A DNA stretch of 64,000 nucleotides from Gammaproteobacteria bacterium (lineage in GTDB: Bacteria; Pseudomonadota; Gammaproteobacteria; Competibacterales; Competibacteraceae): the NCBI GenBank assembly GCA_024235035.1, contig JACKNE010000016.1, forward strand, positions 27,403-91,402. Reading direction: 5' to 3'. The translations under genes and the position numbers were made by a program. Position 1 is the first letter of the stretch, and each line of letters opens with the position of its first letter. Positions 31,294-41,935 of this stretch are shown one piece after another. The notes under the pieces were generated by a model. It searched no databases. It worked only from the letters and a program-made list of their open reading frames with translations, and had not been told where the DNA came from.

Positions 31294-32514
31294 ATGACGG
31301 ACAGCAACCAATCGGAACTGCCGCTGGCGGGCATCCGCGTTATCGACGTGGCAACGGTAATCGCTGGACCTTATTGTGCCGGCATCCTGGGTGAATTCGG
31401 CGCTGAGGTGCTGAAAGTAGAACATCCTATTGGCGGCGATCCCTTACGCAAATTCGGTACGCCGACCGCGCGCGGCGACACGCTGACCTGGATGAGCGAA
31501 GGGCGTAATAAGAAATCGGTCACGGTGGATTTGCACCGTCCGGACGGTGTGGAGATTTTCAAGAATCTGGTCAAGCAATCGGACATCGTTTGTGAAAACT
31601 TCCGGACGGGAACCTTGGAAAAATGGGGGATTGGCTGGGAGGCGCTGCGCCAAGTCAATCCCGGTTTGATCATGTTGCGAGTGACCGGCTACGGTCAAAC
31701 CGGCCCCTATAAGGATCGTCCCGGTTTTGCTCGGGTCGCGCATGCGGTCGGCGGCATCGCCTATCTGGCCGGAATGCCCAAGGGGACGCCAGTGACACCG
31801 GGTTCGACGACGCTGGGCGATTATTTGACCGGCTTGTACGGCTGTCTTGGTGTCTTGATGGCATTGCGCCATCGCGAAGTGACCGGCGAAGGCCAGTATA
31901 TCGATGCGGCGTTGTATGAGTCGGTATTCCGCTGTACCGATGAACTAGCGCCGGCCTACAGCATGTTTGGCACGGTCCGGGAGCGGCACGGACCGACTCA
32001 CAACGATTTTGCTTGCCCTTATGGCCATTTCCCCACCAAGGACGGCAAGTGGATCGCCATTGCCTGTGCAACGGACAAGCTGTTCGAGCGCTTGGCCAGC
32101 GCCATGGGGCGACCGGAACTCGCCTCGTCCAGCTTGTATGGCGACCAGAAGACCCGGCTGGAAAACCGGCATGATGTGAATGAAATTGTCCGGGATTGGT
32201 GTGGCTCCCTGAATCGCGAAGAGATTCTTCAGCGTTGTTTTGCGACGGGCGCCCCCGCTGGGCCATTGAATAATATCGCCGATATTTTCGGCGATCGGCA
32301 GTTCCATGCCCGGCGCAATCTCGTCGCTATCGATGAACCGGATTTGGGCGAAACGATCATCGTGCCCTCCACGATTCCCCGCCTGTCGGAAACACCGGGA
32401 GAAATTCGTCATCTTGGCCCAAAACTTGGTCAGCACACCGACGAAGTGTTGAGTGGCCTACTAGGTATGGATGAGCAACAAATCAGCGAGTTGCGAAAAA
32501 AACGGGTGGTGTGA
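31294..32514 (+). CDS. class III CoA-transferase, copy 2
   Basis: 406 aa, [36 protein letters not shown] clear paralogue of copy 1 along the full length. Confidence 0.85.
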   Translation: MTDSNQSELPLAGIRVIDVATVIAGPYCAGILGEFGAEVLKVEHPIGGDPLRKFGTPTARGDTLTWMSEGRNKKSVTVDLHRPDGVEIFKNLVKQSDIVCENFRTGTLEKWGIGWEALRQVNPGLIMLRVTGYGQTGPYKDRPGFARVAHAVGGIAYLAGMPKGTPVTPGSTTLGDYLTGLYGCLGVLMALRHREVTGEGQYIDAALYESVFRCTDELAPAYSMFGTVRERHGPTHNDFACPYGHFPTKDGKWIAIACATDKLFERLASAMGRPELASSSLYGDQKTRLENRHDVNEIVRDWCGSLNREEILQRCFATGAPAGPLNNIADIFGDRQFHARRNLVAIDEPDLGETIIVPSTIPRLSETPGEIRHLGPKLGQHTDEVLSGLLGMDEQQISELRKKRVV

Positions 32515-32600
32515 CAATGATGTTCCCTCTTGGATAGGAGGGGTAGCGCGTGGCGTCGAGGCAGCTTGCAACGGCCTGACAGAGCGACAAAGGCTGAAAC

Positions 32601-33443
32601 ATGAATGATGTCAATTTACAGGACTGGGTCGGCAAAACCGAGCAGATTAAGGATCGTCTCTATCCAACTCCGGCCAAAGCATTGGCCCTGACCTTGGATG
32701 ACCCCCATCGGCAAGTTGGAGAAGGCGCGCCTTTGCCTGAGATCTGGCATTGGCTGTATTTTTTGCCAATGGTCACACGCTGCGAAATCGGTCCCGATGG
32801 CCATCCGAAGCGCGGCGGTTTTCTGCCGCCCATTGCTCTGGAAAGGCGCATGTGGGCCAGCGGCCACTTGGTTTTTCACCAGGATGTGCTGATCGGCGAA
32901 GAAATCACTAAGACCTCGGAGATTCTCAAGGTTTCCGAGAAGGAGGGCAAAGCCGGCAAGATGGTCTTCGTGACGGTCAGACACTCGGTGCGCTCGGCCA
33001 GAGGCGTAGCGCTCGATGAAGAGCAGAATATCGTCTATCTGCCCATGCCTAGAGCCTATGTTCCTGCGCCGCCTAATCCCGCGCCGGATGATCTTGAATG
33101 GAAAGAGGCTTATTCAGTCGATCCTGTCCTGCTGTTCCGATTCTCGGCGTTGACCTTCAATGCGCATCGCATCCACTACGACATCAAATACGCTGCTGAA
33201 GTGGAGAAATACCCCGGTTTGGTCGTCCATGGCCCCTTGCAGGCGTTGTTGTTGCTAGAATCCGCTCGCAAGAGGAATCCCGATAAAAAACCGGCCCGCT
33301 ATGAATTCAGAGCCGTTAGGCCACTCTTTGATTTCGATCAAGTGTGTCTCGGTGGTCGGATGAAAGCCGATGGCGGCCACGACTTATTCATGATGAATAC
33401 GGATGGCCATATGACCATGCAGGCCACTATATCCTGGAGATAA
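32601..33443 (+). CDS. double hot-dog acyl dehydratase / enoyl-CoA hydratase (itaconyl- or mesaconyl-CoA hydratase-like)
   Basis: 280 aa with a C-terminal MaoC-like half (FSALTFNAHRIHYD...PGLVVHGPL) after an N-terminal hot-dog half. Sits between the CoA-transferases and the lyase. Confidence 0.65.
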   Translation: MNDVNLQDWVGKTEQIKDRLYPTPAKALALTLDDPHRQVGEGAPLPEIWHWLYFLPMVTRCEIGPDGHPKRGGFLPPIALERRMWASGHLVFHQDVLIGEEITKTSEILKVSEKEGKAGKMVFVTVRHSVRSARGVALDEEQNIVYLPMPRAYVPAPPNPAPDDLEWKEAYSVDPVLLFRFSALTFNAHRIHYDIKYAAEVEKYPGLVVHGPLQALLLLESARKRNPDKKPARYEFRAVRPLFDFDQVCLGGRMKADGGHDLFMMNTDGHMTMQATISWR

Positions 33444-33448
33444 AGGGC

Positions 33449-34369
33449 ATGAGTGAGAGACTGGAGCGTTCCGTGTTGCTGGTTCCGGCGTCCAACTGGA
33501 GCATGATTCAAAAGACCGCCGCGTCACGAGCGGATGCGGTCTGCATCGATTTGGAAGATGCGGTGACGGTGGATGAGAAGGAAGCCAGTCGGGCGAACGT
33601 GGTGCGCGCCTTCCAGGAGCTGGACTTCGGTAGCAAACTGCGTATGTACCGGATCAACGGTCTGGACACCCATTACGCTTACCGCGATCTGATCGATGTG
33701 GTGGAAGCCGCCGGGGACCGTATCGATTTGATCGTCGTGCCCAAGGTGAACCGCCCGGAAGATGTGTATGTGGTGGAAACTCTGCTCACGCAAATCGAAA
33801 GCTATCGCAAGTTTGCGCGCCCCATCGGTATCGAAGCCCTGATTGAAACGGCGTCAGGCTGCGTGAACATCCGAGAAATTGCCGCGTGTTCCACCCGGCT
33901 GGAAGGGTTCGTTTATGGTCCAGGCGATTATGCGGCGTCGGTACGCATGCCGATGGAATCCATCGGGGAACTGGATGAAAACGATGCGGTTTACCCTGGT
34001 CATCGTTGGCACCAGGTCATGCATTCGATTGTCACTGCCGCCAGGGCTTATCACAAGCGCGCCATTGACGGGCCATTTGCCGGCATCAAGAACCCCGAAG
34101 GTTTGGCGCAAGCCTGTAAGATTGCGCGGGCCATGGGCTTTGACGGTAAATGGTGCATTCATCCCAGTCAAATCGACTCGGTGAATCAGACCTTTGTCCC
34201 CTCGGTAAAGGAATTGGCTTGGGCGCAAACTGTGCTGAACGAATATGAATTGGCGCGACGGGAGGGTCGGGGCGCACTCAGCGTTAAAGGCAAGATGATT
34301 GATGTCGCCTCGTTGAGAATGTGCCAAACCACGGTTGAGAGAGCCAAGCTGGCTGGGTTGTTATCGTAG
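33449..34369 (+). CDS. HpcH/HpaI aldolase - citrate lyase beta (CitE)-like acyl-CoA lyase
   Basis: The start is placed at MSERLERSVLLVPASN (the ORF is open from 33344). 306 aa with CitE-like motifs (DAVCIDLEDAV, IEALIET, GPGDYAAS, DGKWCIHPSQI). Confidence 0.8.
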   Translation: MSERLERSVLLVPASNWSMIQKTAASRADAVCIDLEDAVTVDEKEASRANVVRAFQELDFGSKLRMYRINGLDTHYAYRDLIDVVEAAGDRIDLIVVPKVNRPEDVYVVETLLTQIESYRKFARPIGIEALIETASGCVNIREIAACSTRLEGFVYGPGDYAASVRMPMESIGELDENDAVYPGHRWHQVMHSIVTAARAYHKRAIDGPFAGIKNPEGLAQACKIARAMGFDGKWCIHPSQIDSVNQTFVPSVKELAWAQTVLNEYELARREGRGALSVKGKMIDVASLRMCQTTVERAKLAGLLS

Positions 34370-34569
34370 TCAGCAGAATAATAGCCAAGTAGATTAGGCA
34401 AAAGCGCAGCCGTAGGGGTGCGCACTGCGTACCAGCTATCATCCATATTCCGGAAAAGGTACGCGATGCGGACCCTTTCTGACTATCTGAATTGACAGTG
34501 CATCCTTGATAACCCTGGCTCTTCTCCTTGATTTTTGGGGAGGAAGGGTTTTTATAAGGTGATGATTTT

Positions 34570-35793
34570 ATGGTAAAGATACTGCAAGGACTGAGAATCG
34601 TCGAAGGAACCGCGTTTGTCGCCGCCCCCTTGGCAGGTATGACCCTGGCGCAATTGGGCGCGGATGTGATTCGTTTTGATCGCATCCGGGGTGGCCTGGA
34701 TCATTACCGATGGCCGGTGACCCATGACAACAAAAGCCTGTTCTGGGCCGGTTTGAACAAGGGCAAGCGGTCGATTGCCGTCGATGTCAACACGCCGCGT
34801 GGGCAAGAGATCATGACCCAACTTATTTGCGGCGGGTCCGGACCCGATACGGGAATCTTCGTGACCAATCTCCGGATTCGCGGCTGGATGGATTACGAGC
34901 ACCTGAAACAACACCGGGAAGATCTGATCATGGTGACGGTGCTGGGTAACCGCGAAGGCGGCCCAGCGGTGGATTACACCATTAATCCTGGTGTCGGATT
35001 TCCTTACGCCACTGGGCCGGAGGGTTCCCAGGAGCCGGTCTGCCATGTTCTGCCAGCCTGGGATTGTATCACCGGGCAAATGACGGCGCTGGCGGTGCTG
35101 GCGGCGGAGCGACATCGCCGGCTGACTGGGCAGGGGCAGGCGGTGGACCTTGCCTTGAAGGATGTCGCTCTGGCTATGCTGGGCAATCTGGGCCTCATCG
35201 GCGAGGTGATGATCAACGATTTCGATCGCCCTAAGTATGGCAACTATTTGTATGGCGCTTACGGTAATGAATTCATGACGATGGATGGTCGCCGAGTCAT
35301 GGTGGTAGGTTTGACGCGCCGCCAGTGGGATGGTTTGTGCAAGGTGACTGGGCTGAAAGCGGAATTTGACGCCTTGGGTGATCGACTCGGTTTAAATCTC
35401 AATCAGGAAGGCGACCGCTTCAAGGCCCGCGAGGAGATCACCGCGCTTTTGCGACCGTGGTTCCAAGGGAGAAAGATCGAGGATTTTGCCCGCTCCTTCG
35501 ACGAGAATGGAATCACATGGTCAGTGTTTCGCACCTTCAAGCAGGCGATCCAGGAAGACCCGGATCTTTCTGTGCAACATCCGATGTTCGATAGGCTGGA
35601 ACAGCCGGGCATCGGCGAATATTTGGTCCCCGGTTCGCCATTCGAGTTCAGCGCGTTCGAACGGCTGCCTCCGAAACGGGCGGCGGTTCTGGGCGAACAC
35701 ACCGATGAAATCTTGTCCGGCATTCTAGGCATGAGCGATGCGGAAATTTCCCGGTTGCACGAGGACAAGGTGGTGGCGGGTCCACGCCTTTGA
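34570..35793 (+). CDS. class III CoA-transferase, copy 3 (divergent)
   Basis: 407 aa, LQGLRIVEGTAFVAAPLAGMTLAQLGADVIRFD. Family III pattern, but more distant from copies 1 and 2. Confidence 0.8.
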   Translation: MVKILQGLRIVEGTAFVAAPLAGMTLAQLGADVIRFDRIRGGLDHYRWPVTHDNKSLFWAGLNKGKRSIAVDVNTPRGQEIMTQLICGGSGPDTGIFVTNLRIRGWMDYEHLKQHREDLIMVTVLGNREGGPAVDYTINPGVGFPYATGPEGSQEPVCHVLPAWDCITGQMTALAVLAAERHRRLTGQGQAVDLALKDVALAMLGNLGLIGEVMINDFDRPKYGNYLYGAYGNEFMTMDGRRVMVVGLTRRQWDGLCKVTGLKAEFDALGDRLGLNLNQEGDRFKAREEITALLRPWFQGRKIEDFARSFDENGITWSVFRTFKQAIQEDPDLSVQHPMFDRLEQPGIGEYLVPGSPFEFSAFERLPPKRAAVLGEHTDEILSGILGMSDAEISRLHEDKVVAGPRL

Positions 35794-36221
35794 AGGCGAT
35801 GCTATCCTCGTTAAGTATGCTTGAGCGCCACTGGGCCAGGTAGTCGCGTTGGCTTGATGAGTGGGCGCCCATCCCTAATTTGACCAAGGCAAGCACATAG
35901 TCTTTCTGCCTGAGATGCGGACATCCCGAGCTATACACGGCTAGATCTACGCTTGGGCTGGTGTCCCCGAAAGGGTCTGGAATTCAGCCTGGTCGGGCAA
36001 AACTTCCTTGATAATCGTCGTGCAGAGTTCACCACCTGATCTGGTGGGCAGCGAAATCCCCCAGGATATTTACGGTAAGGTGATTTGGCGATGTTAGCCT
36101 GGGGAGAGGCAAGGAGAAATGCGAGGATCTGACAAAGTTTCGAATGCTATGTCCTTGTCGTTTTGCGCGACTCCCTTTGTTTATAGCTCTCTTTGAGGGA
36201 TTCGGTCTATATTTTTTAAAT

Positions 36222-36240
36222 ATATAATTATCAATTATAT
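36222..36240. promoter_or_regulatory. AT-rich perfect palindrome upstream of the TonB-dependent receptor (possible Fur-like operator)
   Basis: ATATAATT-ATC-AATTATAT (8-bp arms) ends 18 nt before the receptor ATG and contains TATAAT. It is only loosely similar to the GATAAT-repeat Fur box. Confidence 0.3.
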
Positions 36241-36257
36241 ACAATAAAAATCGTGCT

Positions 36258-38258
36258 ATGCTAAACAGAAGTGTTTCCTATCTCATGGCACTGACTGCGT
36301 TCAGTGGCTGGGGGGCTATAGTGAACGTGAGTTGGGCTGCTGTCCCGGACTTGACCCAGTTCAGTATCGAAGAATTGATGCAAGTCGAGGTGGTATCCGC
36401 CGCTAAACAACTCCAGCCCTGGGCTGATAGCGCTGCTGCGGTGTTTGTAATCACCAACGCTGATATCCGTCGCTCCGGCGTCACTACTCTCGTCGAGGCG
36501 CTACGATTTGCGCCTGGCGTCGAAGTGGCGCGCATCGACTCCAATCGCTGGGCCGTCACCATTCGCGGTTTCAATGGCCGTTTTGCTAATAAGCTGCTGG
36601 TGATGATCGATGGTCGTTCAGTTTATACTCCAGCCTTTTCCGGCGTGTACTGGGAGATTCAGGATTTACCGCTGGTCGACATCGACCGGATTGAGGTGAT
36701 TCGTGGTCCTGGCGGCAGCCTGTGGGGCGCCAACGCCGTCAACGGTGTGATCAATATCATTAATAAGCCAGCCCGTGATACTCAGGGTGGAGTAGTCAGC
36801 GTCACCGCCGGTAACGAAGAGCGTTCTATCGTCGAAGCCCGCTATGGTGGAAAGTGGGGGGAAAACGCTCAGTATCGGATTTATGGTCGGCAGGCCCGCC
36901 GCGACGGTCTGGTCGATCCCGAAGGTCGGGATGCCGGTGATAACTGGGTTCTCCAACGCGGTGGATTTCGCTTGGACTGGCAGCCGACCGGACGCGATTC
37001 CGTAAGCGTCATGGGTGATGTTTACGACGGTGACTTCGATGAGGACATGGTGGTTCCCCTGCTGACGCCGCCTTACGCTGAACGCCGGCTCGATCCGGCT
37101 AAGGCGCAAGGCGGCAGCCTGCAAACCGCTTGGGAGCACCGCTATTCGGAGCGTGGACGGATCGATCTACGGATGTACTATCAGTACGAAGACCACGAGG
37201 CCCTTTTGGCCCCGTTTCGGCTAGATACATTCGATATCGATTTCCAACACAGCTTGCAATGGGGCGAGCGGCATGACCTGGTCTGGGGAGTGAGTTATCG
37301 ACGCTATCACGACCGCTTTGATCCCAGCGAACTGATTACGCTGACACCGTCCAGCCTGATCAGCGAGTTGTTCAGCCTGTTTGCCCAGGATCAAATTGCC
37401 CTGGCTGAGCGTTGGCAGTTGACGCTTGGCGCTCGTTTGGAGCGCAATGATTATACCGGCTGGGAGTTTCAGCCTAGCCTGCGCTTGCTGTGGAAACTGG
37501 ATGATCATCAACGGGTCTGGGCCGCCGTTTCACGTGCGGTGCGCACCCCGTCGCGGGTTGAAGAAGACGCTCGGATCAATATGTCAACCGTGCCGCCAGC
37601 AATCACCGGCAGCTTACCAGGCATCGTAGCGACCGTAGGCGACCGGGGCTTTGGCGCGGAGAAGCTGATGGCTTACGAAATCGGCTATCGCACTTGGCAG
37701 GGTCGGGATTTCTCATTGGATGTCACGGCTTTCTACAACGATTATGATGCGCTATTCGCCACCATTCAGGGAACACCGTTTCCCGAACTGGTGCCGCCGC
37801 CGCATCTGGTTCTGCCCCTGCATTTTCGCAATCTATTCAATGACGATAACTATGGCGTCGAGATCGCCACTGACTGGCGTCCGGTGGAAAGCTGGCGGTT
37901 ACAACTGGCCTATTCCTATCTCTGGTCACGACCCAAAGAGCGGCAATGGAGTCCGTTGAATCAGGTTTCGCTACGCTCCTCCTGGGATGTGCAGGATGAT
38001 TTAGAGTTGAACGCTTGGCTGTTCTATGCCGGCAAACTAGGTTCAGTGCCAACGCTGTCGTCGCTGGGTACGGTTTCGATCGATCCTCATCTCAACCTGA
38101 CCCTGCGTCTGGGCTGGCGACCTTACCCCAATTTGGAATTGTCACTGACGGGCGCCAACCTGCTGGAGAATCAGCATTCGGAATTCGTTCAGGAAGTATT
38201 TACTTACCCAGTCGAGGTCGAACGCAGTATTTATAGCCAAGTGAGATGGAATTTCTAA
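36258..38258 (+). CDS. TonB-dependent outer-membrane receptor
   Basis: 666 aa with a signal peptide, a plug domain (LMQVEVVSAAK...AAVFVITNADIRRSG..LVEALRFAPGVEV...IRG) and a beta-barrel ending in an aromatic residue (...QVRWNF). Confidence 0.9.
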   Translation: MLNRSVSYLMALTAFSGWGAIVNVSWAAVPDLTQFSIEELMQVEVVSAAKQLQPWADSAAAVFVITNADIRRSGVTTLVEALRFAPGVEVARIDSNRWAVTIRGFNGRFANKLLVMIDGRSVYTPAFSGVYWEIQDLPLVDIDRIEVIRGPGGSLWGANAVNGVINIINKPARDTQGGVVSVTAGNEERSIVEARYGGKWGENAQYRIYGRQARRDGLVDPEGRDAGDNWVLQRGGFRLDWQPTGRDSVSVMGDVYDGDFDEDMVVPLLTPPYAERRLDPAKAQGGSLQTAWEHRYSERGRIDLRMYYQYEDHEALLAPFRLDTFDIDFQHSLQWGERHDLVWGVSYRRYHDRFDPSELITLTPSSLISELFSLFAQDQIALAERWQLTLGARLERNDYTGWEFQPSLRLLWKLDDHQRVWAAVSRAVRTPSRVEEDARINMSTVPPAITGSLPGIVATVGDRGFGAEKLMAYEIGYRTWQGRDFSLDVTAFYNDYDALFATIQGTPFPELVPPPHLVLPLHFRNLFNDDNYGVEIATDWRPVESWRLQLAYSYLWSRPKERQWSPLNQVSLRSSWDVQDDLELNAWLFYAGKLGSVPTLSSLGTVSIDPHLNLTLRLGWRPYPNLELSLTGANLLENQHSEFVQEVFTYPVEVERSIYSQVRWNF

Positions 38259-38926
38259 TGATCCCACTGACAAGATTGACCTTGTCAACCTCGTTCGATT
38301 GGAGTGGGACCAGGAACGGGCAGTCTGTTGCGAGTGACGTTAATCATCGATGGGGGTCGTTATGTATATTTTTAATAGCAAATATATTTAAAAAGGTTCT
38401 TATTTTATTGACAGGTTTGCTGCTAAGCGGTAACGCCTGGGCTGTTGAATTTGATGAATATGCGGTCAAGGCTGCTTATCTCTACAATTTCGCCAAGTTT
38501 GTCGAGTGGCCGCCAGGGTCGTTTTCCACAACCGACGCGCCGCTATCGATTTGTATTGCCGGTGATGATCCATTTGACAATAAGTTGGAGATGCTTTCTG
38601 GTAAGGTCGTGGAAGGTCATCCGGTCGAGGTGCGACATATTCCAGCGGCGACGGGCTTTGAGCGATGTCATGTGCTATTCATCGGTCGTGTGGAACAAAA
38701 GCGCTTTAAAACCCTGCTAGCGCGCTTGGGCCGCCTGCCGATATTGACGGTCAGCGATATCGACGATTTCGCCCAGGCGGGTGGCATGATTGGCTTGATC
38801 GAGACTGAACAACGCATCCGGTTCGACATTAACCTAGACGCCGCTAATCAAGCTAATCTCAAGCTTAGTTCCCATCTCCTTAAACTCGCCAGGGTCATGG
38901 GTGGTCTCCGTGGGGTTAGTCAATGA
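38246..38926 (+). CDS. YfiR-like (DUF4154) periplasmic protein
   Basis: Signal-like segment [15 protein letters not shown] followed by the characteristic [17 protein letters not shown]. The start is uncertain; the only in-frame ATGs (38246/38258) overlap the receptor stop. Confidence 0.75.
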   Translation: MEFLMIPLTRLTLSTSFDWSGTRNGQSVASDVNHRWGSLCIFLIANIFKKVLILLTGLLLSGNAWAVEFDEYAVKAAYLYNFAKFVEWPPGSFSTTDAPLSICIAGDDPFDNKLEMLSGKVVEGHPVEVRHIPAATGFERCHVLFIGRVEQKRFKTLLARLGRLPILTVSDIDDFAQAGGMIGLIETEQRIRFDINLDAANQANLKLSSHLLKLARVMGGLRGVSQ

Positions 38927-41817
38927 ATTTTCTACAGAATTTTTCCATCAAAGGAAAACTGATGGTCGCCATGCTATTGATTAACGCTGTGGTGTTATTG
39001 GCGGTGGCAATAGCGCTCATCGTCAATGAAACCTACACCTTGCGTAAATTGACGGCTGATCAACTGTTGACCTTGGCTCATGTGATTGCCGGTAATACCG
39101 CTTCCGCGTTGGTGTTCAATGACCTTAAGGCCGTTCAGCAGAATCTTGATGTATTGGTCACTCAATCCGATATTCGCTACGCCAACATCGATAATGCTGA
39201 AGAGCAGCTGTTGAGCGAATATGAAGCTCCCGGACTCAAGCCCGCCGAGAAAAATCAATATCATTCATGGGATGCCGAGCTGGACGAAGACCACGCAGGA
39301 GCTGGTGGAGCTGAGGAAGGTTCGATGGGTAGTTATCTGACGAGGTATAGCATCCAAGGCCAAACCTTAGCGGTCAAGTGGCCCATCAGACAGGATGGCC
39401 AGACGCTGGGTTTTGTCGAAATATACTCAGATGTGCGACAGTTGACCGAGAGCTTGTATCGGTATTATTGGATCATTGCTGGACTACTTATGGCCTCTTT
39501 GGTGCTGGCGGCAATGTTAGCTTCCGTGTTCCAGAGAATGATCTCGGGTCCGATTTTACGGTTGCGCAGCGCCATGGATGAAATCACCCACACCCGGGAT
39601 TACGCCGTGCGGGTAGCGCGTGGCGGCGGCGAGGATCTGGATGCGCTGGTGGACGGTTTCAACGACATGCTGGCGCAGATTCAGCGACGTGACGCTGAAT
39701 TGGCTCATTATAGTCAGGGGCTGGAAGCCGAAGTCGCGGCACGCACACGAGAGCTTTCCACGGCGAATGCCGAATTGCGCAACCTGGTCCAGGAGCTAAG
39801 TGTAGCCAAGGAGCGAGCTGAGGCCGCCAGCCAAGCGAAATCCCAGTTCCTGGCCAATATGAGCCACGAAATTCGCACTCCCATGAATGGTATTCTCGGT
39901 ATGGCCGATTTGCTATTAGGGGCTGAATTACCCGCCAAGCAAAGAAGATTTGCGGAGATTATCCAACAGTCTGGCACCAGCTTGCTGAGAATCATCAATG
40001 ATGTGTTGGATTTTTCCAAGATCGAGGCGGGCAAACTGGAGATGGAGAATTTGGATTTTGCGCTGCGGGAATTGGTCGAGGAGGTGGTGAGCCTATTTTC
40101 CGAAAGTGCCCAGCGGAAGAATTTGGAGTTGGTCTGCGCCTTGCCATCCGATCCGGTTTTTGTCCGGGGAGATCCCATACGCCTGCGCCAGATTTTGAGT
40201 AACTTATTGGGTAATGCTGTCAAGTTCACCCATCAAGGCGAGATTGTCACGCGAGTTAAGGTGTTGGAGGCCGGACCTGTCGCCTATACATTGCATTTTG
40301 CTGTGAGCGACACGGGTATCGGCATTCCTACTGAGGATCGAAAACGCATCTTTAGCGCTTTTGATCAAGTCGATGGCTCCATGACCCGTAAATATGGTGG
40401 GACAGGGTTGGGCTTGGCCATTACCAAGCAGTTAGTGGAGTTGATGGGAGGCGCGATCACTGTGCGCAGTATCGAGTCTCAAGGGTCGACGTTCGAATTT
40501 ACTTTACAATTGGAGCGCGCCAGGGAATTGCTCAGCGCAGGCGAAAATGTCAGTTGGCTCCAGGATATTCGCGTATTGATCGTGGATGATCACTCGACCA
40601 GTGGCGAAGTGTTACGAAATCAATTGCTGGCTTGGGGAATGCGCGGTGATAGCGTCGTCGATAGTGATGAGGCTCTGGAACGTCTGCAGGTTGCTTGGTC
40701 TAGCAACGATCCCTATGCGATTGTCATGTTGGATGAAAAACTCTCTGGGATGGAGGGAGCCGATCTGGCCTTGGCGATTCGTAGGGATGTGCGGTTACAG
40801 CGTGTCAAGTTGGTGTTGTTGACCATGACCTTGGAACGGAGTGCATTGAATGAAAAGGTGTTACAAGCTCAATTCGATCAGCAATTGAATAAACCTGTTC
40901 TGTTGGCGGCTTTGCGAAATTGCCTATATCTCTTACTCAAGAGCGACGATGGTTGGAAAGCCCTTCCTGAGCTTGGAAACGATAGGGATTGTCAACCGAA
41001 AAGATACCAGGGATCTCGCGTTCTTTTGGTTGAGGATAATATCGTTAACCAGGAGGTCGCCAACGCCATGCTTGTGCAACTCGGTTGCAGCGTGACTATG
41101 GCGAACAATGGCCAGGAAGCTCTCGAAGCGCTGGAGCAGTATGTTTACGATCTGGTTTTCATGGACTGTCAAATGCCAGTGATGGATGGCTTTCGGGCCA
41201 CGGAGCTGATCCGCGAACGGCAGGCGTCGGAGTCGGGTCGGTCGGCAAGGCGATTGCCGATTGTGGCATTGACCGCACACGCCATCAGCGGTGATCGGGA
41301 TCGTTGCCTGGCCGTCGGCATGGACGATTACTTGAGTAAGCCGTTCACGCGAGAAGAACTCGTTGCGATCTTGAATCGTTGGTTATCACCACCGATCCAA
41401 TCCATGATCGAAATGGCAGCGTCGGTGGTTAGCCCCCCATCTGGCATGGTTGAAACATCGGATGCCAGTCTTGACCCAAGGGTGTTGGACAGGATGCGAA
41501 GGCTTGAACGCGATGGTGCTCCTAACCTGGTTTCCCGCCTGATCGGACTTTATCTACAAGGAACGCCGCTGCTGATCGAACAAATGAAACAATCATGTAA
41601 CAATAACGATTTTGCAGCATTACGCATGGTAGCGCACACTTTGAAATCCAGCAGTGCGAATCTGGGAGCGATGCGGATGCAGGGACTGTGCAAGGACTTA
41701 GAAAGGTTGGCGCGCGTAGGGTTAGTGCCAAATGCCATAAAATATGTCGATGAAATCCATCATGAATTCATGATAGTGCAAACTGCGTTGCAAGATCGTC
41801 TCATGCAGGAGATATGA
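38923..41817 (+). CDS. hybrid sensor histidine kinase / response regulator (periplasmic sensor-HAMP-HisKA-HATPase-REC-REC-HPt)
   Basis: 964 aa with, in order:
- two TM segments flanking a sensor region of about 150 aa (CHASE8-like by recollection);
- HAMP;
- an H-box ([15 protein letters not shown]);
- an N-box ([14 protein letters not shown]) and G-boxes (DTGIGI, GGTGLGL);
- two receiver domains (the second with [11 protein letters not shown]);
- a C-terminal HPt ([12 protein letters not shown]).
The start overlaps the yfiR-like stop (ATGA). Confidence 0.9.
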   Translation: MNFLQNFSIKGKLMVAMLLINAVVLLAVAIALIVNETYTLRKLTADQLLTLAHVIAGNTASALVFNDLKAVQQNLDVLVTQSDIRYANIDNAEEQLLSEYEAPGLKPAEKNQYHSWDAELDEDHAGAGGAEEGSMGSYLTRYSIQGQTLAVKWPIRQDGQTLGFVEIYSDVRQLTESLYRYYWIIAGLLMASLVLAAMLASVFQRMISGPILRLRSAMDEITHTRDYAVRVARGGGEDLDALVDGFNDMLAQIQRRDAELAHYSQGLEAEVAARTRELSTANAELRNLVQELSVAKERAEAASQAKSQFLANMSHEIRTPMNGILGMADLLLGAELPAKQRRFAEIIQQSGTSLLRIINDVLDFSKIEAGKLEMENLDFALRELVEEVVSLFSESAQRKNLELVCALPSDPVFVRGDPIRLRQILSNLLGNAVKFTHQGEIVTRVKVLEAGPVAYTLHFAVSDTGIGIPTEDRKRIFSAFDQVDGSMTRKYGGTGLGLAITKQLVELMGGAITVRSIESQGSTFEFTLQLERARELLSAGENVSWLQDIRVLIVDDHSTSGEVLRNQLLAWGMRGDSVVDSDEALERLQVAWSSNDPYAIVMLDEKLSGMEGADLALAIRRDVRLQRVKLVLLTMTLERSALNEKVLQAQFDQQLNKPVLLAALRNCLYLLLKSDDGWKALPELGNDRDCQPKRYQGSRVLLVEDNIVNQEVANAMLVQLGCSVTMANNGQEALEALEQYVYDLVFMDCQMPVMDGFRATELIRERQASESGRSARRLPIVALTAHAISGDRDRCLAVGMDDYLSKPFTREELVAILNRWLSPPIQSMIEMAASVVSPPSGMVETSDASLDPRVLDRMRRLERDGAPNLVSRLIGLYLQGTPLLIEQMKQSCNNNDFAALRMVAHTLKSSSANLGAMRMQGLCKDLERLARVGLVPNAIKYVDEIHHEFMIVQTALQDRLMQEI

Positions 41818-41935
41818 ATGGGCTGGAAATGGATGTCCATCATCCCACGCAGCAGATTGGACAACCGCCATGTTACCGGCCATGTCCATCTGAGCAAGTC
41901 CTTAAGATAAGGGTAAATGCAGACTCAACCCAACG

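Noticed and set aside
35794-36221. Cobalamin or other riboswitch upstream of the TonB-dependent receptor
   Set aside because: I could not find a B12-box-like sequence or a conserved riboswitch core by eye. This would need an Infernal scan.
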